Positions 14,473-26,471 of a DNA stretch of 64,000 bases are shown one piece after another (position 1 is the stretch's first letter; the number at the start of each line of letters is the position of its first letter). The DNA is from Heterodontus francisci. Lineage: Eukaryota. The notes under the pieces were generated by a model that was not told the origin of the DNA, made no database searches, and worked only from the letters and a program-made list of their open reading frames with translations. The DNA lies in assembly GCF_036365525.1 (NCBI RefSeq), contig NC_090399.1:21896529-21960528 (forward strand). Direction: 5' to 3'. A program made the position numbers and the translations under genes.

Positions 14473-14742
14473 TTTTTCATTCATTTATGGGATGTGGGCG
14501 TCACTGGCCAGGCCAGCATTTATTGCCCATCCCTAATTGCCCTTGAGAAGTTGGTGGTGAGCTGCCTTCTTGAACCGCTGCAGTCCATGTGAGGTTGACT
14601 TCGTAGCGGTTAGGTACAACTGAGTGGCTTGCTAGGCCATTTCAGAGGGCATGTAAGAGTTAACCACATTGCTGTGGGTCTGGAGTCACATGCAGGCCAG
14701 ACCAGGTAAGGACAGCAGATTTCCTTCCCTAAAGGACATTAG
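14473..14742 (-). mobile_element. LINE 3' end joined to a SINE core (same sequences as ~59560-59690 and ~60600-60716)
   Basis: Reverse complement of GCAATTAGGGATGGGCAATAAATGC; shared GACCCACAGCAATG...GCCCTCTGAAATGGC core. Confidence 0.7.
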
Positions 14743-15858
14743 AGTGAAGTAAATAATGAGAAATTGTTTGCAATTGAAGAAGGGTTTGGAACCAGAGGAT
14801 AGAAAGTACATTAATTGGGAAAAGAACCATAGGTGATATTAAAGGAACAAATTATAATTTTGTTATTATGATTTTGAATGTACTGCCTGAAAGAGTGGTG
14901 GAAGCAGATTCAGGAGTAACTGAAATGGGAATTGGATGAATACTTGAAGGGGAAACAAATTACAAGGCTATGGGTAAAGAGCAGAGGAATGGGACTAACT
15001 GGATTGCTCTACCAAAGAGCCAGCATATGCACGATGGTCCAAATGGTCTCCTTCTGTTCTGTGTCATTCTATGAAATTGGTGCACAATACCTGTGAAAGG
15101 CAGGCCACTGGATTGGGTATCCACCTTCGGACATCTCATACTATAGGAGGAGAAGTCAGGGAGCTCTTGCCATGGGAGATGGTGAAGTTGGCAGCAGATT
15201 ACTAGTGCCAGGTTAGTGACTGAACACACGATCATCCTGACAATCCTGTGAAACATAAAGACACAAGATTCCAACCCTGCTTTGACTTCTTAATACCAAG
15301 GGGTATTCTATGTCTGTTTCATAAAGATCCACAGCAGAAATGGGGTCTGAACAGGAGGAAGATTATAGTTACAAAAAGGAGTGAAAACTGTTTTAAATAC
15401 CTCTTTGTCAACTACAATGATGCTGAGATGGTTGATGACAAAGAGGCAGATGAAGGCAGACTGAAATCTCACTCCTGAGTTTCTCTGCAGACCTCCTGCC
15501 TCCGTTCCTCAGCTCCAACCACTTTCAATAATTCCCTACATCACTTACCTCCTCACACCCAGGCTCTCCCCACCCCCCCACCCCCCACCTCATACCATGA
15601 CTGATGTACACTATGTGACTCCTTATTTGGGCAAATGGTCATGCCTCTAGGTGGCGTCTTGATGGGATTTAGCTGTCCCACTGTCACACCTGCAGCTCTA
15701 CACTTTTATCACTAGATGGCGATCATAAGCAGTTGCCTTTATCTGCAGCCTCAATATTGCACTCCTGAGGGAAATTAACTTTGACCTGACTTTAATGGGC
15801 AAAGCCACAGAAGATTCAGTGGTTGTTTCAATGCAAATTTCAGTTGTTATCGTGAATG

Positions 15859-16035
15859 GAGTGAAATTGGTCCATGGCAGTAGGGTAAAACTAGCCATAG
15901 TGAACTGGCAGCCCCTTTTACACCTCAGCCCATTTTCTATTCCACTGGAGCCAGTAGTAAATAATATTGTTGTGAACTGGGTGGCTAATTTGTTATCAGT
16001 CAGTTTCATGCAATTGACGTGGATCAATTTCACTC
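15859..16035. mobile_element. 177-bp MITE
   Basis: 16-bp inverted termini GAGTGAAATTGGTCCA and TGGATCAATTTCACTC (1 mismatch). Confidence 0.65.
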
Positions 16036-16569
16036 TCTGAATTCAGTGGCACTATAGTCAGTTGGAATGAGAGAAAAAAGAAAAAAAAAGGACTTGCATT
16101 TAGACAACACTTTTCATGACCTCCGGATATCTCAAAGCACCTCACAGCTAATTGGATACTTTTGAAGTTTAGTCTCTGTTGCAATGTCTCACAAGATCTC
16201 ACAAACAGCAATGTGATAATGACCTGATCATCAGTTTTATCAGTGCGAGTGATAAATATTGACCAGGACACCAGGGAGAATTCCATAAGGGTAGATGGAG
16301 AGGTTCAAACACTACATGACATATGGCCGATCAATTCAGCACTAGAAGGGGACAGGAGTCAGGGGAGCCCTGTGATGAGAACCTCAGTGGGAAGCCTTTC
16401 CAGTAAAAATGTCCAATGTAATACCATTGAGTCATATTGGTTTCTAGCAAAGAAAGAGCAAAGTTAGCCCATCTTGTCTATGTCAGTTCGTTACTGGAGC
16501 AATCCAAAACCAATCTCATTGCCCCATGCTATTCCCATAACTAAAAAAAAAAGCTCTGTACCTACCTTT

Positions 16570-16844
16570 GTTTAGTTTAGAGATACAGCACTGAAACAGG
16601 CCCTTCGGCCCACCGAGTCTGTGCCGGCCATCAACCACCCATTTATACTAATCCTACACTAATTCCATATTCCTACCACATCCCCACCTGTCCCTATATT
16701 TCCCTACCACCTACCTATACTAGGGACAATTTATAATGGCCAATTTACCTATCAACCTGCAAGTCTTTGGCATGTGGGAGGAAACCGGAGCACCCGGAGG
16801 AAACCCACGCAGACACAGGGGGAACTTGCAAACTCCACACAGGC
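16570..16844 (-). mobile_element. HE1-type SINE, lacking the head
   Basis: Near-identical to 3664-4017. Confidence 0.88.
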
Positions 16845-17381
16845 TTCAATTGTTTATTTAATTAGGAGATCCAACAGTCTCTGTCACAACCACTCTCTGT
16901 GGCAAAGCATTTCATGATCCAAAGAGCCTCTGTGTTATGAAATTGCCCCTAATCTCTCTCCAAATCCCCTCTTTGATTATTCTAACTTGATAACCACTCA
17001 GATCAGGCTGTGTAATCAGATGAGATTGGAGTTGATCTTCAACTTGATGCCTGGACAATAAACTTCCATTACATACATTGCCCCAATAGAAAATGCTCAA
17101 CTTTCATTTCCATTGGTTTCAATGAAAATATTAAACGTGTGGTCCTATAACAGGTGGCCAAACCCCAACACTAGTTTTACACCTGGGTGGCAAGTTGAAA
17201 ATCAATCTCTTAGTTTTTCATACTCGTCCGAACAAAACCCTTCATAATCTTACAAAAATTCCAACCTAAGCCAAATTTTGACACTCTCCCATTTAACTAT
17301 GCTGTGCTGCAGTTCCCTCTTTTAAGACCTGAGTATTCCATGAAATTAATAAGTCTACCAAATATAAGCACTAATCAGAAA

Positions 17382-17508
17382 CTGAGTTCTGAAGAAGGGT
17401 CACTGACCTGAAACGTTAACTCTGCAGATGCTGCCAGACCTGTTGAGTATTTCCAGCATTTCTTGTTTTTATTTCAGATTTCCAGCATCCGCAGTATTTT
17501 GCTTCTAA
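17382..17508 (+). mobile_element. Solo Penelope-like terminal repeat carrying a minimal hammerhead ribozyme (17384-17422)
   Basis: GAGTT-CTGAAGA-A-GGGTC-ACT-GACCT-GAAA-CGTT-AACTC. Flanked by 12-bp TSD ACTAATCAGAAA (17370-17381 and 17509-17520). Same sequence as the ends of the GIY-YIG element at 45686-50543. Confidence 0.85.
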
Positions 17509-17670
17509 ACTAATCAGAAAGGATTGGGTTTGATGTTTAAGACTAGAGGACTAGTTATAGTTCAATGTTTGTAGCCAACATGATATTTTTTATACATTTA
17601 CTGTAAGTATTAGAAATAAGGCATCATCACAGAATGGTCCAATATTAACAAGGTAATAATTATTTTATGA

Positions 17671-17802
17671 TTAGTTGTTCAATATCTGAAGAGGATGTTT
17701 GATATTCTCATCAGTAAGATGTATCTTCCTTCCAATAGTTCCTGTAGATTCAGATGACTTTATCTCACTGTATAACACAGCAGGATTGCTTGTTGATGAA
17801 TT
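17671..17802 (-). CDS. Exon 5: terminal cytoplasmic exon with ITIM (NSSTSNPAVLYSEIK...LQILNN*)
   Basis: Long polypyrimidine acceptor ttttcttttatttggtctcag|, phase 0, 43 codons plus TAA. VLYSEI (17761-17778) fits the ITIM consensus (S/I/V/L)xYxx(I/V/L). Confidence 0.8.
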   Translation of the reverse strand, partial: NSSTSNPAVLYSEIKSSESTGTIGRKIHLTDENIKHPLQILNN

Positions 17803-19939
17803 CTGAGACCAAATAAAAGAAAACACAAATTGGGTGAGCAAATAGTTATTAAAAAATAAGATGAATACATCTAACAACCTTGTCTGTACAAGAGGGGAAC
17901 TATTAACAGGAGAAACTTCCCAGACATTCTGATTTTGTAATTTTCACTCGTCTTTGAAAAATATTATTGCATTTAGTAATTACTTTCATCCAGCAATATA
18001 TTAGCTATACATAACCCTGCATCTAAATGAATAGTTTTAGGATTTTGCTCCATGATCGTGCTTGTATGAATTTGGTCCGTCAGACTTTGGGCATCACAGA
18101 TTACACACACATATGGTCGGCACATTTGCAAGGAATCCATTTTCCACAGGGGCTCCTTTTTCAGATTTGGTCACTTTTGTGCTTTTGCTTTGAAGGTTTT
18201 TTTTAATGTGCTAGGTTGAGATTTTTTGTTTCGATTCTCCTGGTGCCTCCCCCCGTCCCCCACAGTGACTGGGGTTTGTGAGGGCGGTGTGAGGGAGAGG
18301 GTGTGTGGAGCGGATAGAAATTTAAACTTTCAACTTCACTGGAAAGGAAAATTGTTCATGGCGAGACATATAAAAGGCGAATCGTTCAATATCACCTATT
18401 TTACATAATTGGCCAAAGTTAAAATTGCCCCCACTCTCTGGGAAATCCATCCGACCTTTGTTCTAGTTCAACATATAAAAATGGTAGCTGTTGCGATCAT
18501 TGTAAAATGTGATATTTCAAAGTGCAAAGATTAATTTGTGATGCATGATGTACCTGTTAAATAAACTTGTCCTTGAGTATGGTAACTTGATACCTCTTTC
18601 AGCACTTACTTTGCAAAAAGTGACAAGTTGATGCTTATCCTTATTTTGCTGTTTTCTTGTATGAAAGAACCAAATTCTGATTATTTTCTCTACTCCTAAA
18701 ATGGATTCCCTATCTCTTAACCATGTTAGTGCCTCTTCATCACTAACAGAGGGTCAAGGAAGGGGACAGAGCTTTATCAAAAGCAAGTCCTGGCACACTA
18801 TCAATGTCCAGTGTGGACAAAAAGATGACACAAATAACCCATCAAATGAATCCTTCAGTAGAAATCTACAGGGTAGAAATGGTGGTACCATGAAGTGTTA
18901 TACAATCAGCTGCCAGTTATTTGTCCTGCCCAATATTCAGCTCCAGTGAAGTGAATAAAATGGAATATCAGACGGATGGAAAAACAGGCAGCTGATTTGA
19001 CAACATCCACTTAAACCTGTCCTGGCTGTCCTTGATTAACTCACGCATTTCTATACGTTCACTAATTGTATCTAAAACTATGAATTTGCCCACAAGACAT
19101 TAGGCTAGGTGGTTCATAGTGATTGAGTTAATTCTTCTCTTCATTCTTGAACAGAAATGCTACATTTCGCATTCTCAAGTGCCTTGGCACAATTTTCATA
19201 TCTAAGGATATTTGTAAAATTGTGGGCACAGCCCCTGCTATCTCCTCTCTGACTTCCTTCAATAGCCTAGCTTACATTCTGTCAGAACCTGGTGACTTAG
19301 TCACTTTGAGTTCTGCTATTTTTTCCCCAAACCAATCCATTTTCCACAGTTATTTCCATCAGTTGTTCCATATCCTCCTCTACTTCACCTATATTTATAC
19401 TTGCACCATCATTTGTAAAGAATGACATAAAATCTTTATTTAATGCCACTTTGATCCTCCACAACTAGATATTCCTTTCATCCATGGTCTACCCTCTCTT
19501 TAATGATTATTCAATTTGCCTATAAAAGTCCTTCACTAGTCACATGCAGAGATCGAGCACTGCTCACTAGTATCCCCATTGCCAGATTGATTTTCAATAT
19601 TTAAAAAGGCCCGAGGTGCTAGTTATCTTATGGTTGTACAGCCGGGCCATTACTTTATTTTAACTTTTATAAGTCTTCAAACCACAACCTCTGACTCAGA
19701 GGTGACCATGCTACCGACTGAGCCATGACTAACACCTACGTACTCACTGACTTAACATTTACAGTAATAGTGCAAGACTTCAAATTCAATTCTTTTCAAA
19801 GAGGCGACTTAGAGACTGATTAGGAAATCACCCTGTGTGTAATCTTTAATAGAAAACATCAACCTTTAGCATTGTCATGTGGATGTTACAGTTGATATCT
19901 ATATATTATTAAAATCCTCTGTATGCCCACAATTCCTAT

Positions 19940-21022
19940 TGTTACAATCGGTTGCACTTTTATTTCAACATCTAACTTGAAGCTGCCAATGTAAACTGAC
20001 AGAAAACCCGCAAGCCAAATGGAAAATATTAATTTAGTTGTATGAAACTTTGCCTGAGACTTTGTTACTGGACATTATTACATATAACTTGTATTTTGAA
20101 AAAAAGCAAAGCCGAGCAGCTAAAGATGGCCATGCACAATTTGTATATGAGAAGCCAAAGGCCCACCGGAGACACAGGTGATTACTCAGTCTAGCTCGAA
20201 CAATGAGGGTGCTCTCTGATTCAGTTTCCTAGCATGGTTTTGCTAATTCTGATCGTCAAAAGCCATCAACACCCATTGACTTTGAAAGAGCCAACCACCC
20301 CCCTCACCAAGTACGTCTGAACAACTTTCAATTTCAAAAATCATTCCAGAAACTTCTGTTTCAAACAAAGGGGTGGTCACATGACATAACTATCTGTGTA
20401 ACTCTGATAGTTTGTGAATTGTGCCTTTGAAAGCAGGCAGTAACTGAACTCGAAGAAGGAACATCTCTCCTCTCCCTCTCTCCAGCAAAGTCCCAGGGAA
20501 ACCTCAGCTTCAGCCAAATCTCAAATCTACAGATCCTCACAGTCAAGAACAAAGAGGACGGGTAAAGCCTCTTATCAGCCTTCCTGAACCAGAGAAGTAA
20601 GCTCAAATTGTGCACGTGGTCCAGCGAGGACTTCAAGACTTCAATTTCAACAAAGGACACTGGAAATACACTTCCATATTTAAATTCCATTTTTATTAAG
20701 GACTCTACTCCACCCTCCCAATTCTGCTTTATCCCCTCTGTATCTATTTGCGTGAGTGTGTGCCTCTCGTATGAATGTGAGCGTGGACGCGTCGTGTATT
20801 TTAGTAATTTTAACTGGTTTAGAGTGATAAGGTTAATAAACTCACCTCTTTCTTGTTTAAACTCAAGAAAACCTGTCTGGTTCATTTGCAAGTATATGAG
20901 AGTAACAGGAGCAAGTGCTCACTGAGTTGGTAAGTTAAATCACTGTGTTAAAAGGATTGCAGTCAAACCAGAGAAGGGGCGAAAGTGGAGCTTGAGACCC
21001 CCTTCCTCACCTGCTCGTAACA
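19940..21022 (+). mobile_element. Solo LTR-like element
   Basis: TGTTAC...GTAACA termini and AATAAA..TCAAGAAAACC block. No TSD seen; the 5' boundary is uncertain. Confidence 0.45.
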
Positions 21023-21392
21023 GAACATTCAGAATGGAAATCCTGTATGTCTGTAACAACTTAGGCCAGTTGGCTCTCTAGAGTAAGATTTTGAAATCTT
21101 TTACCCATCTGTCTGGCTATCTTGCATTCAGCAACTGACTGTAGGGAATGCCATGGACAATTCACACATGTCTCAGGAAACTGGACAAAGTATTTGTGCT
21201 TTTATTAAAATATCTCTGAACCATTAAAACTTGATACACATATTTTTTCTGACAAGTGGTGATAAGAGGTGATAAGAGGCGTTAACTTCATGTTGCGCCT
21301 GTAGTCTAAATAAACCTTGTCAGTCCCATTTCTTAGCTCTTCCTGCGTGGAGCGTTAGATGGTTAATTCTTCAGTGTTTAAGTAAAATAAAT

Positions 21393-21803
21393 ACTTAAGT
21401 TCCAGTTGGCATTGAGTTAAGGTTGTCTCTGATTTTAATCTTTATTTCTCGCTTTAACCTATTCTAAAAGTGACTCGGATTTCTCCCAAATTCTCATGTT
21501 CCTTTCTCCTGAATTGAAAATTGTAATTAAAGAGAGAGAGAGATTTTAAAATTAGATTAGTATTGACAATTGCATTGTAAGGTGGAGGCCAGTTTAAACA
21601 GAATGGTTATATTTTTATACTCACATTCTGTAACAAAGTATATTCCATCACTTCAGTGGTCACTCATGTTTTCCTCTCAGTTCGTTTTGAGGTCTGTTGA
21701 TACCTACATGCTGCACATCAGCACCAGGCTTTGAATAAACATAAACCGGAAATAAAGATTAAAATCTGGCATAACCTAACTCCATACCAACTGGAACATA
21801 TGT
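21393..21803. repeat. Imperfect ~55-bp inverted repeat pair (21393-21448 and 21749-21803)
   Basis: GAAATAAAGATTAAAATC..AACCT-AACTC.AT.CCAACTGGAAC occurs on both strands. Confidence 0.8.
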
Positions 21804-22524
21804 GGTTACTTAAGCCCTGAAGAATTAGACATCTCATGCTCTGCACAGGAAGAGCTATGAAATATTTTGTCCACAAACATTAATCAGAAGTTGAAAGCAC
21901 GATATAAGTGCAAGTTATTTTTCTTCAGATAGTTCATCACAATCAGAAATATTTCACAGATGTATGAGGCAGAATAAAAAGGCAAACTTATTTTAATATG
22001 GTTAAAAAAATCTAACAATGAACGATATGCCAATGAGAACATCCTTACATTTCAGTTATAATGATCTAGATTCCTAACTGCATTGCATTAAAATGAATAC
22101 AGGAGCATTGTTGTGGATTTCGGGCAAGAACAGGCTAAGCTCTAGTCCAGAATCCAAGTCACTTCTACAGGAAAATCCTCGCACCCCAACCTCACATAGT
22201 CTTTCTTACATCTTCTCATATTGATCGAGTCATTCCATGAGGACACTAGGAATCCGCAGCTCAGACTGGAGGAGTAGGGGTCTACACCATTCGCAATCTC
22301 CAGGATTTCAAGGAATTCATGAAATATGGGATTGTCCGTGAAATTAATCTTTAAAGTATTATTTAAAATAAAATGTGAATTATTAATAAAATAGTTGGTT
22401 TGAAAACTTCTCCATAGTCACTGATGCAAAATCACTTTACTGCCTTCTTTCTGGGATGATGTGATAATTAAATCTAATTGTTGACTAGTTCAATGAGTGT
22501 GTGTGTACTTGCTATGATTTACAG

Positions 22525-22930
22525 CATGGGAAACTTGCCGGTCTTCCAGTACAAAGAGCTGTCGATGATCGAGTTTTGCAGACATGCACATTCCAAGGTC
22601 CAGGACTATGTGCTGAGTGATGCACTAAAGCTTGGGGCAGGCAACGCAAAGGCTCAATGGGGAAAGGCCACTGTGTAAGACCCTCCCACCATAGTATACC
22701 GAGGGGCTGGAAACTGTGTAAAACCCCTTGGACTGTAGGCACCAGAGAATGTTTGACATGAAATGTAAATGTACTTTGTAAAAACAACCTGTAATGGCAA
22801 GTGCAATGAGACACCTCATGCACTGTATCTAAAGAAATTGATCTGTATTGCATTTTATGTAGTCAAATTTGAACTTTTATGTAATGTATTTTTACAAATT
22901 TTATGAATAAAGTACATTTTTGTAAATAAA
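22525..22930 (+). mobile_element. Tx1/L1-clade LINE 3' end
   Basis: ORF end NLxVFQxKELS..CRxAHSKVQDYVL.DAL..WGKATV*, followed by a TGTA-rich UTR and AATAAA. Confidence 0.65.
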
Positions 22931-23472
22931 TGATGTACAGGACCAGGTGATATCAGTTTGGTTGAAAACATTACATGACAGGCATTAGTTAAAAATGAGT
23001 TTAAATAAAACAAAGCAAAATACGTTTCAGCTCAGGATGGTGTGAAGCAGTTCCCAAAAGGGACCTGACATGCAGTTGGCAATAAATTGTTTGTTCTTCT
23101 TGCAATGTAATTAGGTTTTTATTTGAAGAAAGAAACTCAATTGATCACTATGTGGCTTCAGAATCACATATTAAACGTAAACTGCAGAAGCGACTGACCA
23201 AAACAAAAAGCAAGCGACAATGACCTCAATATTTAAAAGGGCAACTGTTGTCTATGTTGTTAGAATGCAGCCATGAAATATCTAGAACATTACTATTTAT
23301 GTCATGACAGACAAGCGAAAAGCATTGAATTTCTCCATGATTTAAGTTCATCCCTAAGCAAGCGGAATGGGAATCCTTTTGGGCCAGCACTTCGGCAGTG
23401 CTGGAAAAGCGGTAAGATTAGGAATTATTGTTCAAAGATCAACTAGCCTAGTAGGTAAAATAATCTGCTTAC

Positions 23473-23552
23473 CTTTCCACAATGTATACAATTTACCCGA
23501 TCATCCTGAGTAGCATGTTCCTTTTCTGTTTGTTCCTGAGTTTGCTTACAAC
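23473..23552 (-). CDS. Exon 4: cytoplasmic (GCKQTQEQTEKEHATQDDRVNCIHCGK)
   Basis: Acceptor tttcccccttag|, donor AAG|gtaagc, 80 nt, phase 1 to 0. Open frame linking exon 3 to exon 5. Confidence 0.75.
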
Positions 23553-24712
23553 CTAAGGGGGAAACCTTTTGTTAAACTTTCTTTGGTATTGATTAATTAT
23601 TGATCTCGGAATGCACTGTCTAGATCAATACTCCCATGCTAAAATAATTAGACATTAGAAAAAGGTTGGAACAGTGTGGAGGTAAAGTTGCACATCTAAC
23701 ATTCCTATTCATCTTCGCAGGCAATTTACCTGACTGAGTTTCACAGGCTGAGCAGTGGCTCTGTGTGTCAACCATATTGGGAGGTAGAATTTGCTGTTCT
23801 GTACTATTATGATCACTATTACAGGCAGTTACAAGCGATTGTTGTGCTTGCTCAAACCGTGCAATTAATTTTGATGTTAACTAGAAGAATGGCAAGGCTT
23901 TCAGAATTATTTAAGGGTTTATAAATCCCGAGCTTCACTAAATCAAAATAATAATCTGGATAATGCAATATTCTGTCAATTTTATCTGTACTGGAAACAT
24001 GTGATATCCATGTTTATTGGTTGCTTTACTTCTGACTCTTATGGGCAATTTTAACCAAACTTGCATGTTCAGAAGCTGACAGGATTGAGTACAGCACTAG
24101 TTTTACATCCCTCCTGAGTTATTCTTTCGGAATGGAGGAAGGCATATAGTGGGGTTCCGCAGGGGTCAGTGTTAGGACCCCTGCTTTTCTTGATAAATAT
24201 TAATGAATTAGACATTTGCAGATGAGACAAAACTTGGAAGTATAGTGAAATGTGAGGAGGATAGTAATAAACATCAAGAGGACATAGGCTGGTGGAATAG
24301 GTGGACAAGTGGCAGATGAAATTTAATGCAGAAAAGTGAGAAGTGACTCATTTTGGTAGGAAGAACTAGGGGAGGCAATATAAATTAAAGTCCACAATTC
24401 TAAAAGGGCTGCAGGGACAGAGAGACGGGTGTTATGTGTACAAATCATTGAAGGGTGAGGGCAGGTTGAGAAAGTGGTTAATAAAGCATAAGGGATCCTG
24501 GGCTTTATAAAAAGGGGCATAAGTACAAAAACAAGGAAGTTATGATACTGGACACTAATTTAAGGTGATTGGCAAAAGAAGCAACAGAAACATGAGAAAA
24601 AACCTTTTTATGCAGCAAATGGTTAGGATCTGGAATGCACAGCCTGAGAGTGTGGTGGAGGTACGTTCACTCGAGGCCTTCAAAAGAGAATTTGATAATT
24701 ATCTGAAGAGAA

Positions 24713-25519
24713 TTAAGTGGTAAAGGTCAGCGGTCAAAGTTGGCTGTCATCTAGTACAGGCAGTCCGATTTGCAGGTGACCAGGCAATGATGACTAGCAC
24801 GATGGAAGGCCTTCAACAGATGATGGATTCCCTGAATAGGATGGCGGAGGAGTATAGAATGAAGATGAACATCAAAAAGGCAAAAGTGTTGAAGCTGGGA
24901 AAAAACCGAATCGGAGAGAGACATTAAGGTAAATGGGCAACAACTGGAACAAGTATCGGAGTTCAAGTACCTTGGAACAATACTGACAGAAGATGGGAGA
25001 TGCATGAGGGAGATAAGATTGAGAATTGCAATGGCAAAGGGTGCATTCAACAGACGAAAGGAATTGTTAACCAAACGGTTGAGCATCAACCTGAAAGCTG
25101 GAATCATCAAAACAGATAAATAGAGTGTTCTCTTAGATGGAGCAGAGACATGGACCCTGTGCAAGGCAGACATCAGGAAGTTAGAAGCGTGTGAGATGTG
25201 GTTCTGGAATAGTGGATGTGAAGATCAGCTGGTCAGAGTGGGTGACAAATGATAAAATGCTCAGAAGGGTCGAGGGTTGTTCCATCATCAAAACCATCAG
25301 AATAAGGAAAACGAACTGGATTGTTCATGTCATCAGATAGAAGGCCTGCTGAAAACGGTGATTGAGGGGAGAATGGAGGGTAAAAGACAACAAGGAAGGA
25401 AGAGACTAGCAATGCTAGATATGGTGAAGGATGATAGGAGTATCTAAAGAAAATGACCTTTGACAGGCAGATGTATGAATGGGGCAAGAACCTGCTGAAA
25501 GGCAGAACACCAAAGAAGG
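24713..25519 (+). mobile_element. Second RTE-like LINE family, inserted in a CR1 3' end (~24130-25655)
   Basis: VRFAxDQAMM..EGLQQMMDSLN, FKYLG and AETWTL motifs; near-perfect TSD TCTGAAGA(G/A)AA (24702-24712 and 25520-25530). Confidence 0.75.
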
Positions 25520-26025
25520 TCTGAAGAAAAATGTCTACAGGGTTCCGTGTAAAAGGCGGGGAAGTGGAACTACGTGAGTTGCTCGTGCATAGAGCTGGTA
25601 TGGAGACAATGGGCCAAATGGCCTCCTTTTGTGCAGTGACCATTCAATGATTCTATCAATTTGTCCGAGAATAATATTGGACAGAGTGTAAAGCAGGTGC
25701 TCCACCCGATTCTGTGAGATTCAGCCAGTTCGGTTAAAATCCCACCTGTGTGGTGCGTTACCTTGGATGAAAGACAACAAAAGATTGGGTTTTAAATTGA
25801 CAATATTACATAAATGAGCAAGAGCCCAGGGAGAATTCTATGTTATTTTGATTGGGCTGAACTGAGCTCACTTTGAACAGAGAAATATCCTTCATTGGTT
25901 TTAATAATCTAAAGAAGAACATTTTTAATCCACCTTGGGTGTCAATAATATATTTGAAAAGCTATAATAAATAGAGAGAGAGCATATGTAAGGGTACCTG
26001 AAACTGTCACACCATCACTGCTTAC

Positions 26026-26127
26026 CTCCTCGCATTTTCACAGTGAAACATAAGAAGATAAAAATAACAACAAGGCTAACATATCGAACTTTGGCTTCAA
26101 CTCCTGGTGTCTGTTTCTTGTCTGTAT
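26026..26127 (-). CDS. Exon 3: stalk and transmembrane segment (DTDKKQTPGVEAKVRYVSLVVIFIFLCFTVKMRG)
   Basis: Acceptor tcttgttacacag|, donor GAG|gtaagc, 102 nt, phase 1-1. Open frame with a hydrophobic run followed by K/R, in non-repeat sequence. Confidence 0.85.
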
Positions 26128-26471
26128 CTGTGTAACAAGATTTAGTCATTGAAATAATAGGAACATTCACTACTATTAATAGTTAATTCAGTACATTCAT
26201 TTGAGAGAGGAAGCTCTGATATAGGGAAAATTGGAACTTCAGCTAGATTTATATTTAATTTATACATCCTAGGTTGTTGTAACTGAATCAAAGACTTTCA
26301 ATTAATTATTTACACGACTGTTAATAAAGAATCTTAATCTTTTCCACATATTGTAACTTTTTACCTGACCTCTTTCTGACTCTGTGCAGAGACTGCAAAG
26401 TTCTATGGGCTTTTAACTTTAGATTTTTAACATTAAAAGCTAAATACAAAATGGACCAAAAGGATTCCTTT

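Larger units (their letters stand above)
11300..15070 (+). mobile_element. Tandem decayed CR1 ORF2 fragments
   Basis: WKLANVTPLFKKGG, QHGF and EYCV motifs with many stops; CR1 tails at ~13320 and ~15070. Confidence 0.8.

Noticed and set aside
20361-20891. 176-aa ORF as an extra exon or gene
   Set aside because: It lies antisense within an LTR-like repeat and has no recognisable motifs.
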